A stretch of 57,750 bases of DNA from an archaeon (GTDB lineage Archaea > Nanobdellota > Nanobdellia > Woesearchaeales > GW2011-AR4): contig NZEC01000002.1 in assembly GCA_002688925.1 (NCBI GenBank), forward strand, positions 6,242 to 63,991, in the 5' to 3' direction. Made by a program: the position numbers and the translations under genes. Numbering within the stretch: the first letter of the stretch is position 1; every line of letters begins with the position of its first letter. The notes beneath the pieces are model-generated. The model was not told the DNA's origin, did no database searches, and saw only the letters and a list, made by a program, of their open reading frames with translations. This document shows, piece after piece, positions 1-10,156 of this stretch.

Positions 1-198
1 GCATCATGCACTCCAGACCCTTTGCTGTTTGACTCTAACCTTAATTTGATATTCCACAGCAGGCTTGATGATACTCACGGCGAAGAAGCTGCAAACAAGC
101 ACGAGATGCATGAAGCAATCGGCCAATATCTTGAGAATGGCTCAATCTCATTGACAGAACAGCCGTCTTTAGGATGCAGCATAAAGTGGAAGCATTAA
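1..198 (+). CDS. Thioredoxin-fold (AhpC/TSA-like) protein, 3' part only (truncated by window edge)
   Basis: Frame 1 reads ASCTPDPLLFD...SRLDD...QPSLGCSIKWKH*, matching the CTPD...R.DD...PS.GCSIKW C-terminus of this family; not in ORF track. Confidence 0.8.
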   Translation, partial: ASCTPDPLLFDSNLNLIFHSRLDDTHGEEAANKHEMHEAIGQYLENGSISLTEQPSLGCSIKWKH

Positions 199-225
199 AA
201 ATAATAATTTGATTTCAATAAAAAA

Positions 226-567
226 ATGCCCAAAAAATGCCCTGGTTGCGGAAAAATTCTTGCACATGATGAAAGGTACTGCTATTTCTGCGAAGGGGAC
301 ATTTCAAAGCTGAAAGATAAGGAAGAAAAGCCAAAGTGCTTTATTGCAACTTCCGTATATGGGGAAAATGCTTATGAAACTCTTTTATTGAGGAACTTCA
401 GGGACAAAAAGCTTAAAAACAGCTTTATTGGAGCAATATTCATAGATATATATCATACAATAAGCCCCTTAATTGCAAAATTAATCTCTAAAAATGAAAC
501 ATTAAAGAAGATAACAAGATTGATATTAAAGCCAATAATTGCTTTTGCCAGGAAGACACTGCATTAA
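226..567 (+). CDS. Zn-ribbon + CFI-box-CTERM domain protein
   Basis: N-terminal CPGC...CYFC; CFIATSVYG...LRNFRD...FIDIYHTISP motif. Confidence 0.8.
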   Translation: MPKKCPGCGKILAHDERYCYFCEGDISKLKDKEEKPKCFIATSVYGENAYETLLLRNFRDKKLKNSFIGAIFIDIYHTISPLIAKLISKNETLKKITRLILKPIIAFARKTLH

Positions 568-621
568 CAATAAAAGCATTCCAACAACAAAAATCAATAA
601 AAATTTTAAAAAATAACCAAA

Positions 622-1374
622 ATGCCCAAACCTCTAATTGCAGCAAACTGGAAGATGAACAAGAATATTGAAGAAAGCATTTCTTTCATTAATAATTTCA
701 AAAATTCATCTAAAAAAATTAAAAACGCAGAAATTGCAATATGCCCACCATTCACATCATTAAATGAAGTAAATAAAATAATCAAAGGCTCAAACATTAA
801 AATTGGAGCGCAAAACATGCATTACGAAGACAATGGCGCATTTACAGGAGAAATTTCACCATTGATGCTGAAAGATGCAGGATGTGATTACGTCATATTA
901 GGGCATTCCGAAAGAAGGGAATATTTTAATGAAGACAATCAGTTAATAAATAAAAAATTAATTTCCGCGTTAAAAAACAATATAAATCCAATATTATGCG
1001 TAGGAGAAAAACTGGAGCAAAGGGAAAACAATCAAACTTTTGATGTAATAAAAGGCCAATTAACAAATTGCCTAAAAAATATTAACAAAGAAGATGCCAA
1101 AAAAATAACCATTGCTTATGAACCAGTTTGGGCCATAGGTACAGGAAAAAATGCAACACCGGAACAGGCAGAGGAAGTCCATAAATTCATAAGGGGATTA
1201 TTGTCAAAATTATACAGCAATATTTCTGAAAACACAAGGATCATATATGGGGGATCTGTAAAGCCTAACAACATCAAGGATTTGATGAACCAGGATAATA
1301 TTGACGGCGCTTTAGTCGGGGGAGCTTCTTTAAAAGAAGAGGATTTTTTTCAGATCTGCAGTTATTCAGATTAA
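622..1374 (+). CDS. tpiA: Triosephosphate isomerase (bacterial-type)
   Basis: ANWKMN, GAFTGE, GHSERR, AYEPVWAIGTG, YGGSV, LVGGASL. Confidence 0.98.
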   Translation: MPKPLIAANWKMNKNIEESISFINNFKNSSKKIKNAEIAICPPFTSLNEVNKIIKGSNIKIGAQNMHYEDNGAFTGEISPLMLKDAGCDYVILGHSERREYFNEDNQLINKKLISALKNNINPILCVGEKLEQRENNQTFDVIKGQLTNCLKNINKEDAKKITIAYEPVWAIGTGKNATPEQAEEVHKFIRGLLSKLYSNISENTRIIYGGSVKPNNIKDLMNQDNIDGALVGGASLKEEDFFQICSYSD

Positions 1375-1437
1375 TTCTATGGTTAGATTTATTATTAAAG
1401 AAATAAAATTGTTTAAACACCACATCAATTTTCTACT

Positions 1438-1959
1438 TTATGGCACTTCAACATACAGCTTATGCAGTGAATCATAAGGCTGCACTTTAACGTTGAAAAT
1501 ATAAGTTCCTGCCAAAGTATCTGCCGGGACTTCAACCCCTATGCCTATATTTTCTTCATCATTTCTTTTTATAAAAAAATTATCTGTCCTGTATTTCATT
1601 TTTATGCCGCTTGTTGATATTGGATCGTTATTTCTGGTATAACCTGCAGGGCTTGTAGGATTGATATTAATTTCAAAATTACGGCCTTCTTTTATATTTG
1701 TTATCTTGACTCCGAAAACATCAAATTTTCCCCTTGTTATTTTTCTCTTATCAATTCCAATGCATACCCTTTCACTGCTTTCGCAAAGCAGCTCTCCTAT
1801 CCTCTGGTCAAGCTGTTCAGTTGTCAATCCCTCAAGCTCAGTTGCCTCTCCGGAAAGGTTGTAGATGAACCTAATCCCAAAAATGAAAATAGTGATGGCT
1901 ATTATAATTGTTACCAGGAAACTTATTGACATCTCAATTCCTTTTTTATTATATCGCAT
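1438..1959 (-). CDS. Pilin-like protein with class III signal peptide
   Basis: KKG|IEMS followed by hydrophobic helix; beta-rich C-terminal domain; similar to 3199-3750. Confidence 0.65.
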   Translation of the reverse strand: MRYNKKGIEMSISFLVTIIIAITIFIFGIRFIYNLSGEATELEGLTTEQLDQRIGELLCESSERVCIGIDKRKITRGKFDVFGVKITNIKEGRNFEININPTSPAGYTRNNDPISTSGIKMKYRTDNFFIKRNDEENIGIGVEVPADTLAGTYIFNVKVQPYDSLHKLYVEVP

Positions 1960-2021
1960 CTTTAAAATTCAAGAGATAAAATGATTTTATTGCTGGCATT
2001 GTTTTTTAATGAATTCACTAT

Positions 2022-2855
2022 TCACTTAACTTCTGACCTTACCAAATTTACCTTTGTTGAGAATCTTTTCTCATAGTCATCCCTTACAAACTCAAGGCCA
2101 TAAGATTCAGAGCCATCCGGCAGCCTTTCTGCTACAACCCTCTTTGTGTACTCATAATTTACCTTGTATGTCAATCCTCTCGATTCTTCCGGCTGCACAA
2201 GATCATATGACAGCTGAACGTTAAAACTAATGCTCTCTCCAACTTTATTAAGGAACAAATCCAGGTTTTTTTCTCCCAAAAACACTTCTCCATCTTTAAG
2301 GATTATCTTATTCATCTTAATTGGAAATACAATATCTTCATTCTCATCGATAATTGACATCCTGAAATCAAACCTGTCTTTGCCTATATCGAAAGGATCA
2401 TTAAACTTTACTGTTGTTTCCAATTCAAAGAATTTAAAGTCCCTTTCATCAAGCAAAGTTTTTGCTGCTACATCTTCACTCGGAACACCGGACTTGCATT
2501 CTTCATTTTCGCAGAAATACTCAAGATATTTCGCATCATAGCTCCTGCTGCCCTTTGTTAACTGCACTTTGCCATCGCATTTTCCGTAATCAGCAGGGCA
2601 CGTGCATTTATTTCCCGGTTTATTATTCTCAACAGTCTCCTTAACCTGGTTGCCGCAGCAGTTCTTTGTTGTAGTATATTTGCATTGCTTATCTATACAG
2701 GAAGCAACAGCGCAGGTTTTCTCCAAACATTGGGCATCTGTCTTACATTCCGATTTAGTACAGCTGATTAGAAATATAAGTGAAATTGCTAAAACAATCA
2801 CTAAAAAATACCTGTTTTTTATTTTAAACACCTCATTTTTAATAAAATAAATCAC
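2022..2855 (-). CDS. Cys-rich secreted/lipoprotein of unknown function
   Basis: Hydrophobic N-terminus ending LISC; many Cys (ECKTDAQC, CCGN, CPADYGKC). Confidence 0.7.
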   Translation of the reverse strand: MIYFIKNEVFKIKNRYFLVIVLAISLIFLISCTKSECKTDAQCLEKTCAVASCIDKQCKYTTTKNCCGNQVKETVENNKPGNKCTCPADYGKCDGKVQLTKGSRSYDAKYLEYFCENEECKSGVPSEDVAAKTLLDERDFKFFELETTVKFNDPFDIGKDRFDFRMSIIDENEDIVFPIKMNKIILKDGEVFLGEKNLDLFLNKVGESISFNVQLSYDLVQPEESRGLTYKVNYEYTKRVVAERLPDGSESYGLEFVRDDYEKRFSTKVNLVRSEVK

Positions 2856-2925
2856 AATATTAACAGTTTTATGAATAATTGAACAACATATATTAAAAGA
2901 TTGCTATATTTAGGAGGTTAGTGCA

Positions 2926-2955
2926 AAGCCAGTGCTTATGCGTAAATTGCCAATG
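2926..2955. repeat. 30-bp dispersed repeat (solo end of the element at 48188-48311)
   Basis: aagccagtgcttatgcgtaaattgccaatg is the exact reverse complement of 48282-48311. Confidence 0.85.
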
Positions 2956-2984
2956 CATATATATTTAAGAAAAAATACCTAAAC

Positions 2985-3197
2985 TTATTTTACAAATTCG
3001 TATTCCTTTACGATAAGCACCATAAACAGGATAAGAAGTACAGCTCCAACCACAATCCACAGAAGCCCAGCAGATACGCTTGATACAAACATCTTGTACA
3101 TTCCAAAGCCCATCACAATAAATCCAAGCCAAAGGAATTTATCCAAAACAAGCTTCATGATTTCAAATTCCTGCTGCCCGGTTAATCTTTTTTTCAT
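2985..3197 (-). CDS. Small two-TM membrane protein
   Basis: 70 aa, two hydrophobic segments; starts 1 nt after the stop of the upstream pilin-like gene. Confidence 0.75.
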   Translation of the reverse strand: MKKRLTGQQEFEIMKLVLDKFLWLGFIVMGFGMYKMFVSSVSAGLLWIVVGAVLLILFMVLIVKEYEFVK

Positions 3198-3198
3198 T

Positions 3199-3750
3199 TT
3201 ATCCCCTGATCACGATAAAAAAGTCTTTTTTAGCATATTCATTCTCTCCATCTGGCTTATCAACATCTACAACCTGGAATGTTAAAAAGTAAGATCCCGC
3301 TTTAACTCCAGTAGGAATGCTTAACCTTATGCTTCTCACATCTGAATCTGCAGCAGTTAACTCATAACCCTCCCCTCTGCCGTACTGGAACCATGGGGGA
3401 TTTTCTATGTCAAAAGGTACTCCATCCGGATCCGATATAGCCTTGAATTCCATATCATAATATAGCTTATTGTCTTGTTTATTCCTGATTCCTACAGTAA
3501 TAATTTCTGAACCACCTTTATCAATTAGAATCTGTGTTTTAGGGAATGATACTCGCTTGTCATTTGTTATTAAATCATCCAGAATCTGCTGCCTTATTTG
3601 CTCAGAAACATCTGTGGTTATTCCGCTGATATCCTTGAACATGGTTCTAATGAATCCTAATCCCAAGCCCAATAAAGTCATAGCGAGAATTACAATAACA
3701 ATAGCCCTGATTGACAATTCTAAAGAAGCCTTTCTGTTTTTATAACGCAT
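3199..3750 (-). CDS. Pilin-like protein with class III signal peptide
   Basis: RKA|SLELS then hydrophobic helix; SD-like gaggtg upstream. Confidence 0.7.
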   Translation of the reverse strand: MRYKNRKASLELSIRAIVIVILAMTLLGLGLGFIRTMFKDISGITTDVSEQIRQQILDDLITNDKRVSFPKTQILIDKGGSEIITVGIRNKQDNKLYYDMEFKAISDPDGVPFDIENPPWFQYGRGEGYELTAADSDVRSIRLSIPTGVKAGSYFLTFQVVDVDKPDGENEYAKKDFFIVIRG

Positions 3751-3808
3751 AACCTACACCTCTTTTTAATTCTCTTCTATACTTTAACTTATTTATAAAT
3801 CTTTCTAT

Positions 3809-4582
3809 CTATTTCACTAACTTCCTTAATTCCTTTGCTTTTTCAATGCCAATTTCAACCATCTTACATATATCTTCATCTGTTAATGGGAAATCTCCGC
3901 CTTTTTGCATTGCGCATAATGTGCCGTCACTTAAGCTGGCTACTGTCAATCTTGCATCAATTGCCTTTTCCTCTTCAGAATCAGCATCTACAATAAACTT
4001 ATCGCCTATCTTGATTACTGTAACTTCTATTGGCAGGTCTTTTAATTCCAGCCCTTTGTCTGTTTTTTTCTTGTAATCTATTTTATCATCTTTATATTCA
4101 GGAAATCTCATGCTTTTTAGCGCGGCAATTGCTGCCAGAGCTGCAGCATCAAACAAATTCCCTGCATCATTGATTATGCATACATCTATTATGACCATCC
4201 ATATTTTCTCCCCTTCTTTTATGCACAGGCTTTTGAAATCCAGGCATTTGCTTTCTCTAATACCCCTGTCAACTATCCTTGCAAGCTCTACTGCTCTAGC
4301 GCTTGGAGGCCCCGATTCAAAGTCCGGGCTTGATAATGGAAGCAATTCAACTCCCACCATAATGCTGCCCTCAGAAGGAGAATCAGGATACGGCTCCATG
4401 ACTTCTGTCTTTATCCCCGCGATAACATCTGTCTCTCCTATTTTAACACGGGCAGAGCCTTCTGCAGTGCTTGTTGCATTAAGCTGCACATCAACCTTCC
4501 TATACTCCGTAAGTTTTCTTCCATCTAATCTTCTATCGGAATTAAAAAGCTTTATTATATGTGTTCTTATTTGGTTATTCAT
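3809..4582 (-). CDS. rrp42: Exosome complex component Rrp42
   Basis: RLDGRKLTEYR, AEGSARVKIGET, ELARIVDRGIRES, GNLFDA; operon position. Confidence 0.97.
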   Translation of the reverse strand: MNNQIRTHIIKLFNSDRRLDGRKLTEYRKVDVQLNATSTAEGSARVKIGETDVIAGIKTEVMEPYPDSPSEGSIMVGVELLPLSSPDFESGPPSARAVELARIVDRGIRESKCLDFKSLCIKEGEKIWMVIIDVCIINDAGNLFDAAALAAIAALKSMRFPEYKDDKIDYKKKTDKGLELKDLPIEVTVIKIGDKFIVDADSEEEKAIDARLTVASLSDGTLCAMQKGGDFPLTDEDICKMVEIGIEKAKELRKLVK

Positions 4583-4596
4583 TTTAAGCTCCTAAA

Positions 4597-5298
4597 CTAA
4601 ATTTTATATCTGTCTTTTAGCGCTTTCTTTTGCACTTCATAAATATCCTTGCATGCCTTTTTTCCCATTTCAATTACTTTTTTAAGCTGCTCTTTTGAGA
4701 TTAAGCCATCCATCTGCAGCAAAGTTACTTTGCCATAATTTGGAGACATTGCAATCGGAATATCAGCAACAGGACCTTCTTCATAAGCCTCCTCATTATA
4801 GTCCAAATCCACTAAAAGCTTGTCATCAACCCTTCCAACAGAGACTGCTGCAACTAAATCTTTCATTGCCAGGCCTGCATCAGCCAAAGCCATGGCAGCT
4901 GCGCATATTCCTGCGCACCTTGAGCCGGCTTCTGTCTGCGGAAACTCGATAAAAACATCCACAACTGAGTTGGGATACTCGCTTAAATCAAGGACCGGAA
5001 GCAATGCTTTCTCTGTTACCAATGAAATTTCTTTTGATCTTCTTGAAGAACCGGGCCTTACTCTGTCACCTGAGCTTGAAAAAGGCATCATGTTGTAATT
5101 GCACCTTAATATTCCTTTAGAAGGGTCCTGCAAAAACTTTGGATGTAAATTCCTTGGGCCGTAAACAGCAGCATAAGCCCATGTATTGCCTATCTTGAAC
5201 ATCGCAGAGCCGTCCGCCCTTGGAATAACGCCTGCTTTGGCCTCTATTTTCCTTGTTTCGTCAAATTTTCTTCCATTTAACCTTTCTTTGTATGCCAT
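4597..5298 (-). CDS. rrp41: Exosome complex exonuclease Rrp41
   Basis: ADGSA, AVYGPR, YNMMPFS, RRSKEIS, AGSRCA RNase PH motifs. Confidence 0.97.
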   Translation of the reverse strand: MAYKERLNGRKFDETRKIEAKAGVIPRADGSAMFKIGNTWAYAAVYGPRNLHPKFLQDPSKGILRCNYNMMPFSSSGDRVRPGSSRRSKEISLVTEKALLPVLDLSEYPNSVVDVFIEFPQTEAGSRCAGICAAAMALADAGLAMKDLVAAVSVGRVDDKLLVDLDYNEEAYEEGPVADIPIAMSPNYGKVTLLQMDGLISKEQLKKVIEMGKKACKDIYEVQKKALKDRYKI

Positions 5299-5316
5299 TA
5301 TTCCACCTTAAAATTA

Positions 5317-6021
5317 TTATTTATCAGTTTTTTGAGTTTTTTTATTTTTATCCAAAAATTCCTTTATCTTGTCAGTCAATCCTGAAAGATGGCTTTCTTC
5401 CTCGATCTTCCTTATTGTAGTTATTGCTAAAAGCTCATCTTCCGGGCTTCCGTCTATCCACACAAGCCCGTTCTGGCCGACAGTGATATTGCATTTTGTA
5501 GCATCCTTTATCATAGAGACCATGCTTCCCTGCTTCCCGATTATTCTTGGAACTTTGTTGCTGGAAACCTCTATTATCCTTCCCCCGCTTAATTTCCTTA
5601 ATCCCGGGCCTTTCATTGTTACATCAACAAGCTTCTGGCTGGTAACATTTGTTATGCTGCATACAATTTGGTCACCTAAATCATAGAATTGAGTAAGGTC
5701 CGCGCCTCTTGCAATAAATTGGGAAGTCGCGTCTTTCATGGAAAGCATTGCTGAATAAGGCCCGTTAGTTTCCAATCTCCATCCGCTAAATCCTACATCG
5801 ATGACCTTGCATATTATTGTATCCCCTCTTTTTGGGATGTACCTTCCTGACAAAAGTATGAGCTTTATTGTCCTTCCGTCTAACTGGACTAATCCTAGCC
5901 TCGAAGCAACTATGTTTTCTCCTTCCCTGTAAGTCCCAATCCCCGGGAAAGACTCCATTCCAACAGCCAATACTTCTCCAGGAACTGCAATATCCTTGTT
6001 CTTTACATTAATTTTTGACAT
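5317..6021 (-). CDS. rrp4: Exosome RNA-binding protein Rrp4
   Basis: VPGE, YIPKRGD S1 domain, KVPRIIGKQGSM KH domain, VGQNGLVWI. Confidence 0.97.
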   Translation of the reverse strand: MSKINVKNKDIAVPGEVLAVGMESFPGIGTYREGENIVASRLGLVQLDGRTIKLILLSGRYIPKRGDTIICKVIDVGFSGWRLETNGPYSAMLSMKDATSQFIARGADLTQFYDLGDQIVCSITNVTSQKLVDVTMKGPGLRKLSGGRIIEVSSNKVPRIIGKQGSMVSMIKDATKCNITVGQNGLVWIDGSPEDELLAITTIRKIEEESHLSGLTDKIKEFLDKNKKTQKTDK

Positions 6022-6076
6022 TTTTATTTCAATCCTTTATTTTTTTATTATTTTTTATTTCTAATTTTTTATTTTT

Positions 6077-6778
6077 TCACTTCGTTTTTAAAACTTTTGC
6101 CTCAACTTCCCCATGGCATATGCTGTTTATCTTTTCATAAAATTCCTCTTCTAATCCTCCTGGCATCTCAATAACACCTGACCAATAGCCGTCATTCTGC
6201 CACTCTTCCCTTAAGATAGTCCCAAAGCTTTTCAATATTGCATAGGATTTTGCAGCATATTCAGGCCCTATCTTCACAGCAATTTCCTTCACCTCAAACC
6301 TTATCGGAAGGATTGGCTTTAATTTTTTCAAAGCATCCTGGACCTGTTGCTCTACAGGAGCAAACTCATCGACATGGAACTTTGCCTCTTCCATAGCATT
6401 TTCCAGCCTGTTTATCGGATGAGGCAGATGTGTTTTAGGGTCCACACCGTTCCTGTGTATTATATTTATGATTTGCTTTCTCTTGATTTCTTTTAGCTCA
6501 TTTCTATATTCAGCAGTTAATTGAATTTCTCCTTTCTTTATTATTTGCCTGGCTCCTTCTTCCATATCTGTTGTCTGGAAAACCTGGCTCATGGCAGTCT
6601 CAGACGCTTCCAATCCTTTTTTTGCGTCTGTAAAAATTTTAGCTGTTGCAAGAACATCCTTCATATCAATTTCTTTTCCATGCTTCAGCGCTATTGCATT
6701 ATTGCAGTCGACCAGCACTTCAAAATTTTGGTTGTGCGATTTCAATCTTGCAATGACTGCTTCGTCAACAGATACCAT
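6077..6778 (-). CDS. Ribosome maturation factor SBDS/Sdo1
   Basis: VIARL...[21 protein letters not shown]. Confidence 0.96.
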   Translation of the reverse strand: MVSVDEAVIARLKSHNQNFEVLVDCNNAIALKHGKEIDMKDVLATAKIFTDAKKGLEASETAMSQVFQTTDMEEGARQIIKKGEIQLTAEYRNELKEIKRKQIINIIHRNGVDPKTHLPHPINRLENAMEEAKFHVDEFAPVEQQVQDALKKLKPILPIRFEVKEIAVKIGPEYAAKSYAILKSFGTILREEWQNDGYWSGVIEMPGGLEEEFYEKINSICHGEVEAKVLKTK

Positions 6779-6779
6779 T

Positions 6780-7538
6780 TTATTTCTTCTTGCCTTTTTC
6801 TTTGATATCCGCAGCAGTCTTCTCTATTTTTTCCTTAGAAAACTTTTTGAATTTCCTTTCATCAGTTTTTATGTATGCAGCGTCTATTCTCTCGATCTTG
6901 AAATTAGCGCCAAGAACCTTCTTTAATGCCTTTAATGAAAGCAGAAGCCCCCCTTCTATAGTAATATCATCCTTGTACTCGGTATGCAAAATTTCCTCAA
7001 CCTCAACTTCGCCTTCCCCAATGGCTGTTGCCTTGTACTGGAAGAATATTCCTGTTGGGTCTGTTTCATAAAGTTTTGGAGTGCTATTGTCCAGGCCTGC
7101 AACAAGCAAAGAAACGCCAAAAGGCCTTAAGCCTCCGCTTTGAGTGCATACCTGCTTCAGGTCGCAAATATCCTTTACTATTGAAAGAGTGTCTATCGGG
7201 CTGTCATAAGTAACCCTGTGCTGCTGCGCCTTTAACTGCGCCCTTTCGATTAAAACACGGGCATCAGAAAGTATTCCTGAAGCTGTAACGCCAATATGCT
7301 CGTCTATCTGCCATATTTTTTCAACTGCTTCCGGCACGACTAAGCTGTCAATAACCCTTTTATCTGTGACAAGCAAAATGCCGTCAGAACATACCATAGC
7401 AATTGCAGTTGATCCCTGCCTTACTGTCTTCTTTGCATATTCAACCTGCAATAGCCTGCCGTCCGGGCTGAACATTGTTATAGCCCTGTCATATCCCATC
7501 AATTGATGGGGAAGTGTTTGTACATTTTCTTTTACCAT
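6780..7538 (-). CDS. psmA: Proteasome alpha subunit
   Basis: [21 protein letters not shown] signature, RPFGVSLL. Confidence 0.98.
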   Translation of the reverse strand: MVKENVQTLPHQLMGYDRAITMFSPDGRLLQVEYAKKTVRQGSTAIAMVCSDGILLVTDKRVIDSLVVPEAVEKIWQIDEHIGVTASGILSDARVLIERAQLKAQQHRVTYDSPIDTLSIVKDICDLKQVCTQSGGLRPFGVSLLVAGLDNSTPKLYETDPTGIFFQYKATAIGEGEVEVEEILHTEYKDDITIEGGLLLSLKALKKVLGANFKIERIDAAYIKTDERKFKKFSKEKIEKTAADIKEKGKKK

Positions 7539-7558
7539 GTTATGTCGCCTTTATTTAT

Positions 7559-7942
7559 TTAATTAAAATAATTTTGCTCTGTTTTTTTTAAAATTCCAGA
7601 GGCTCCAACACTTTTTATTATTGCCTCTTTTCCATCAATATTTTTTACAAAAATTAAAGACGCTTTTAGGTTATTTACGTGCTTGTTATTGACCCTTAAA
7701 AGCCCCCTCTGCAGTTCCTTATCCCACTTGTCATTTAAAGCTAAAATTCCTGCATTTGCCATTCCCATGCTGCCTAAAAATTCCTTTGCAGCATCTAAAA
7801 TTACCTTGTTGACATGAACAGCATCATTAAACTTGTATTTTGACATTACCTCATAAGCTAGGTATCTTTTTCTTTCCCTTAAGCTTGGTAATAATGGCTT
7901 TATTTTTCCTTTCATGTTGTTAACCGAGAAACTATAGTCCAT
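7559..7942 (-). CDS. rnp2: RNase P protein Pop5/Rpp14 (start may be 7915)
   Basis: LPSLRERKRYLAYEV and VGASGILKK; conserved position upstream of psmA. Confidence 0.9.
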   Translation of the reverse strand: MDYSFSVNNMKGKIKPLLPSLRERKRYLAYEVMSKYKFNDAVHVNKVILDAAKEFLGSMGMANAGILALNDKWDKELQRGLLRVNNKHVNNLKASLIFVKNIDGKEAIIKSVGASGILKKTEQNYFN

Positions 7943-8091
7943 TTCTCCTTATCTCCCGCTGACAAAAGAATTTTTTATTAGTATATAAAGTTTTGGGTAG
8001 AAAGATAGTTTTTTTAAAAGGTCTTATTTGAAGCTTTTTAAATTCTAAAAGGTTTTGATGAAGTATAATTTATGCGATAATGAATGTGATA

Positions 8092-9999
8092 TTACTTTAC
8101 ATAAGGGACATCCTTGCGGAATTTGATTCCATGGACATAAATATAGTTCCAGAATAATCCTTTTTTTCTTGTTACATAAACAGAAAATCCAGACTTCCTG
8201 AAAACTTTTTCAATAACCTCATCTTTGCTGAGCCACTCAACATTAGGTATAATTCTGAAAAAATCAGCATAATCGACAAAAACAATTTTTCCGCCATACG
8301 GCAATAATTCCCACATCTCCTTCAGAACCTTCTTGACGTCCTGCAGATACCCCATCATCCCCATGCTTACAATGGCATCAACCTTTGGAATATCAGGATG
8401 TACCCTGTTCATCTGGTGCTCGTCAGGAATCACTATAACATGCTCATGCCCTTTCTTCTTTAGCCTGTTATGCGTGATTTTTACTTCTTTTCTGGATATG
8501 TCCGTAGCATATATGATTCCCCTGGGCTTTACTTTTTTTGCCAAATCCAAAGTAAGTGTTCCAACTGAGCATCCAAATTCCAAAACCGTTTTGTCTTTAA
8601 TCTGCCCTAAAAGAGCCAATATTTCTTTTCTTACGCTTTTTGGAAGTATAAAATTTTCACTAAGAAGAGTAAGGTATGCAAAAGAATCATTTACTTTTAC
8701 AATCGAATCAGGATCATGGTACATTTTAAGAAGAAAATAAATTGGGATGCCGACTAAAAGAAATGAAAAGCCGATTTTAACGAAGTTCAACGCATTTTTT
8801 TCTGTAAAAAACCACACGCCTATCAGGATAATATTGACAATAATAATCAGGGATGCAACAGCCTTGCCAAAAGGAACCTTAAAATATCTTTTTATTTCCG
8901 GCCTTTTGAACCTCAGCACTAATAATGACAATATAACAGCAGAATATATTAAAAATACCATTGGCAATAGCAGGGTTAGCAGGAGATTATAAGAGCCGGA
9001 AGCAAGCACTATAAAAATGGAAGTAACTATTGTTTGGAATATGATAGCCTTGTAAGGCGTATTGTACTTGGGATGCACATCGCTTAATTGCGTGATAAAT
9101 AATTTATCTCTTGCCAAAGCCAGCAACAGCCTTGGAGAGCTTACAATCCAGCCTGCTGCAGCGCCTATGATAACAAGATAGGTTCCCAGGGTCACAATAT
9201 ACATTCCAGTCCCGCCAAACATGCTATTGGCAAGGTCTGCTAAAGGCGCAGTAGAGCCTCCGAAAATCTTCCAGGGAATAACACCAAGAGAAGAAATAAC
9301 TAATAAAATGCTTATCAGGGCTATTATTCCTGTTGCTATTACAAGAACCTTTGGAATTACCCTTTCAGCATCTTTAGTTTCTTCTGCTAAAAAAGTCGTT
9401 GTTTCCCAGCCAAAAAATGTCTCTGAAATGAAAAAGACTGTAAGAAAAACTGCAGAGAACGGAAAAACAAAGAATGGCGAAAAATTGCCCGGTTGAAAGT
9501 TGAAAAACCCGGATATTATCAAGGATAAAAGCAATATCAGGTTAATAATTGCGAAAGTTATTAGCGTAACAGCGCTTGTTTTCATCCCCCTGAATGCCAT
9601 GAAGTTGAATATCAGCACAAACACTATGGAGATAGAGACTAAAATAATTTTGTCTGCATATGGGATAAGGTATTGAATTGCCCCCACAATAAGCATTGCA
9701 GTGGTAATATTTCCTATCAGCCATGCTGTCCAGCCGACTAAAAATGAGGTAAATTTGCCAAAAGCCTGCTTTGCGAATTCATAAACTCCTCCTGCCTTGG
9801 GAAACATCGAGACAAGTTCTGCAAAGCACATGGCAGTCAGCATTGCAACTATGGAAACCAAAATCCATGATAAAATCGAAGCAGGTCCTGCTATACTTGC
9901 TCCAAGAGCAGGCAAAAAATATATCCCTGTCCCCATAATGGAATTAATTGTGATTAAAAGTATAACTTTAAAGCCCAATACTCTTTTTAGTTCGGTCAT
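8092..9999 (-). CDS. APC-family amino acid permease fused to a C-terminal class I SAM-methyltransferase-like domain
   Basis: IMGTGIYFLP, ELVSMFPKAGGVY, GWE, AEETKD, PRLLLALARD; C-terminus has VLEFGCSVG, ATDIS, VDAIVS. Confidence 0.88.
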   Translation of the reverse strand: MTELKRVLGFKVILLITINSIMGTGIYFLPALGASIAGPASILSWILVSIVAMLTAMCFAELVSMFPKAGGVYEFAKQAFGKFTSFLVGWTAWLIGNITTAMLIVGAIQYLIPYADKIILVSISIVFVLIFNFMAFRGMKTSAVTLITFAIINLILLLSLIISGFFNFQPGNFSPFFVFPFSAVFLTVFFISETFFGWETTTFLAEETKDAERVIPKVLVIATGIIALISILLVISSLGVIPWKIFGGSTAPLADLANSMFGGTGMYIVTLGTYLVIIGAAAGWIVSSPRLLLALARDKLFITQLSDVHPKYNTPYKAIIFQTIVTSIFIVLASGSYNLLLTLLLPMVFLIYSAVILSLLVLRFKRPEIKRYFKVPFGKAVASLIIIVNIILIGVWFFTEKNALNFVKIGFSFLLVGIPIYFLLKMYHDPDSIVKVNDSFAYLTLLSENFILPKSVRKEILALLGQIKDKTVLEFGCSVGTLTLDLAKKVKPRGIIYATDISRKEVKITHNRLKKKGHEHVIVIPDEHQMNRVHPDIPKVDAIVSMGMMGYLQDVKKVLKEMWELLPYGGKIVFVDYADFFRIIPNVEWLSKDEVIEKVFRKSGFSVYVTRKKGLFWNYIYVHGIKFRKDVPYVK

Positions 10000-10156
10000 T
10001 AACTAAAAACTCACGCTATTAATATAAAAATGAGTGTATATACTTTTGTGTGGTGACTTAAGATATACCCAAAATAGCAATATTTATAAAATAAATAAGC
10101 TTTTTCTCTCTTGTTAACATTAATGACAACAATATCAGAAATAGGGAGGTAGCAAA

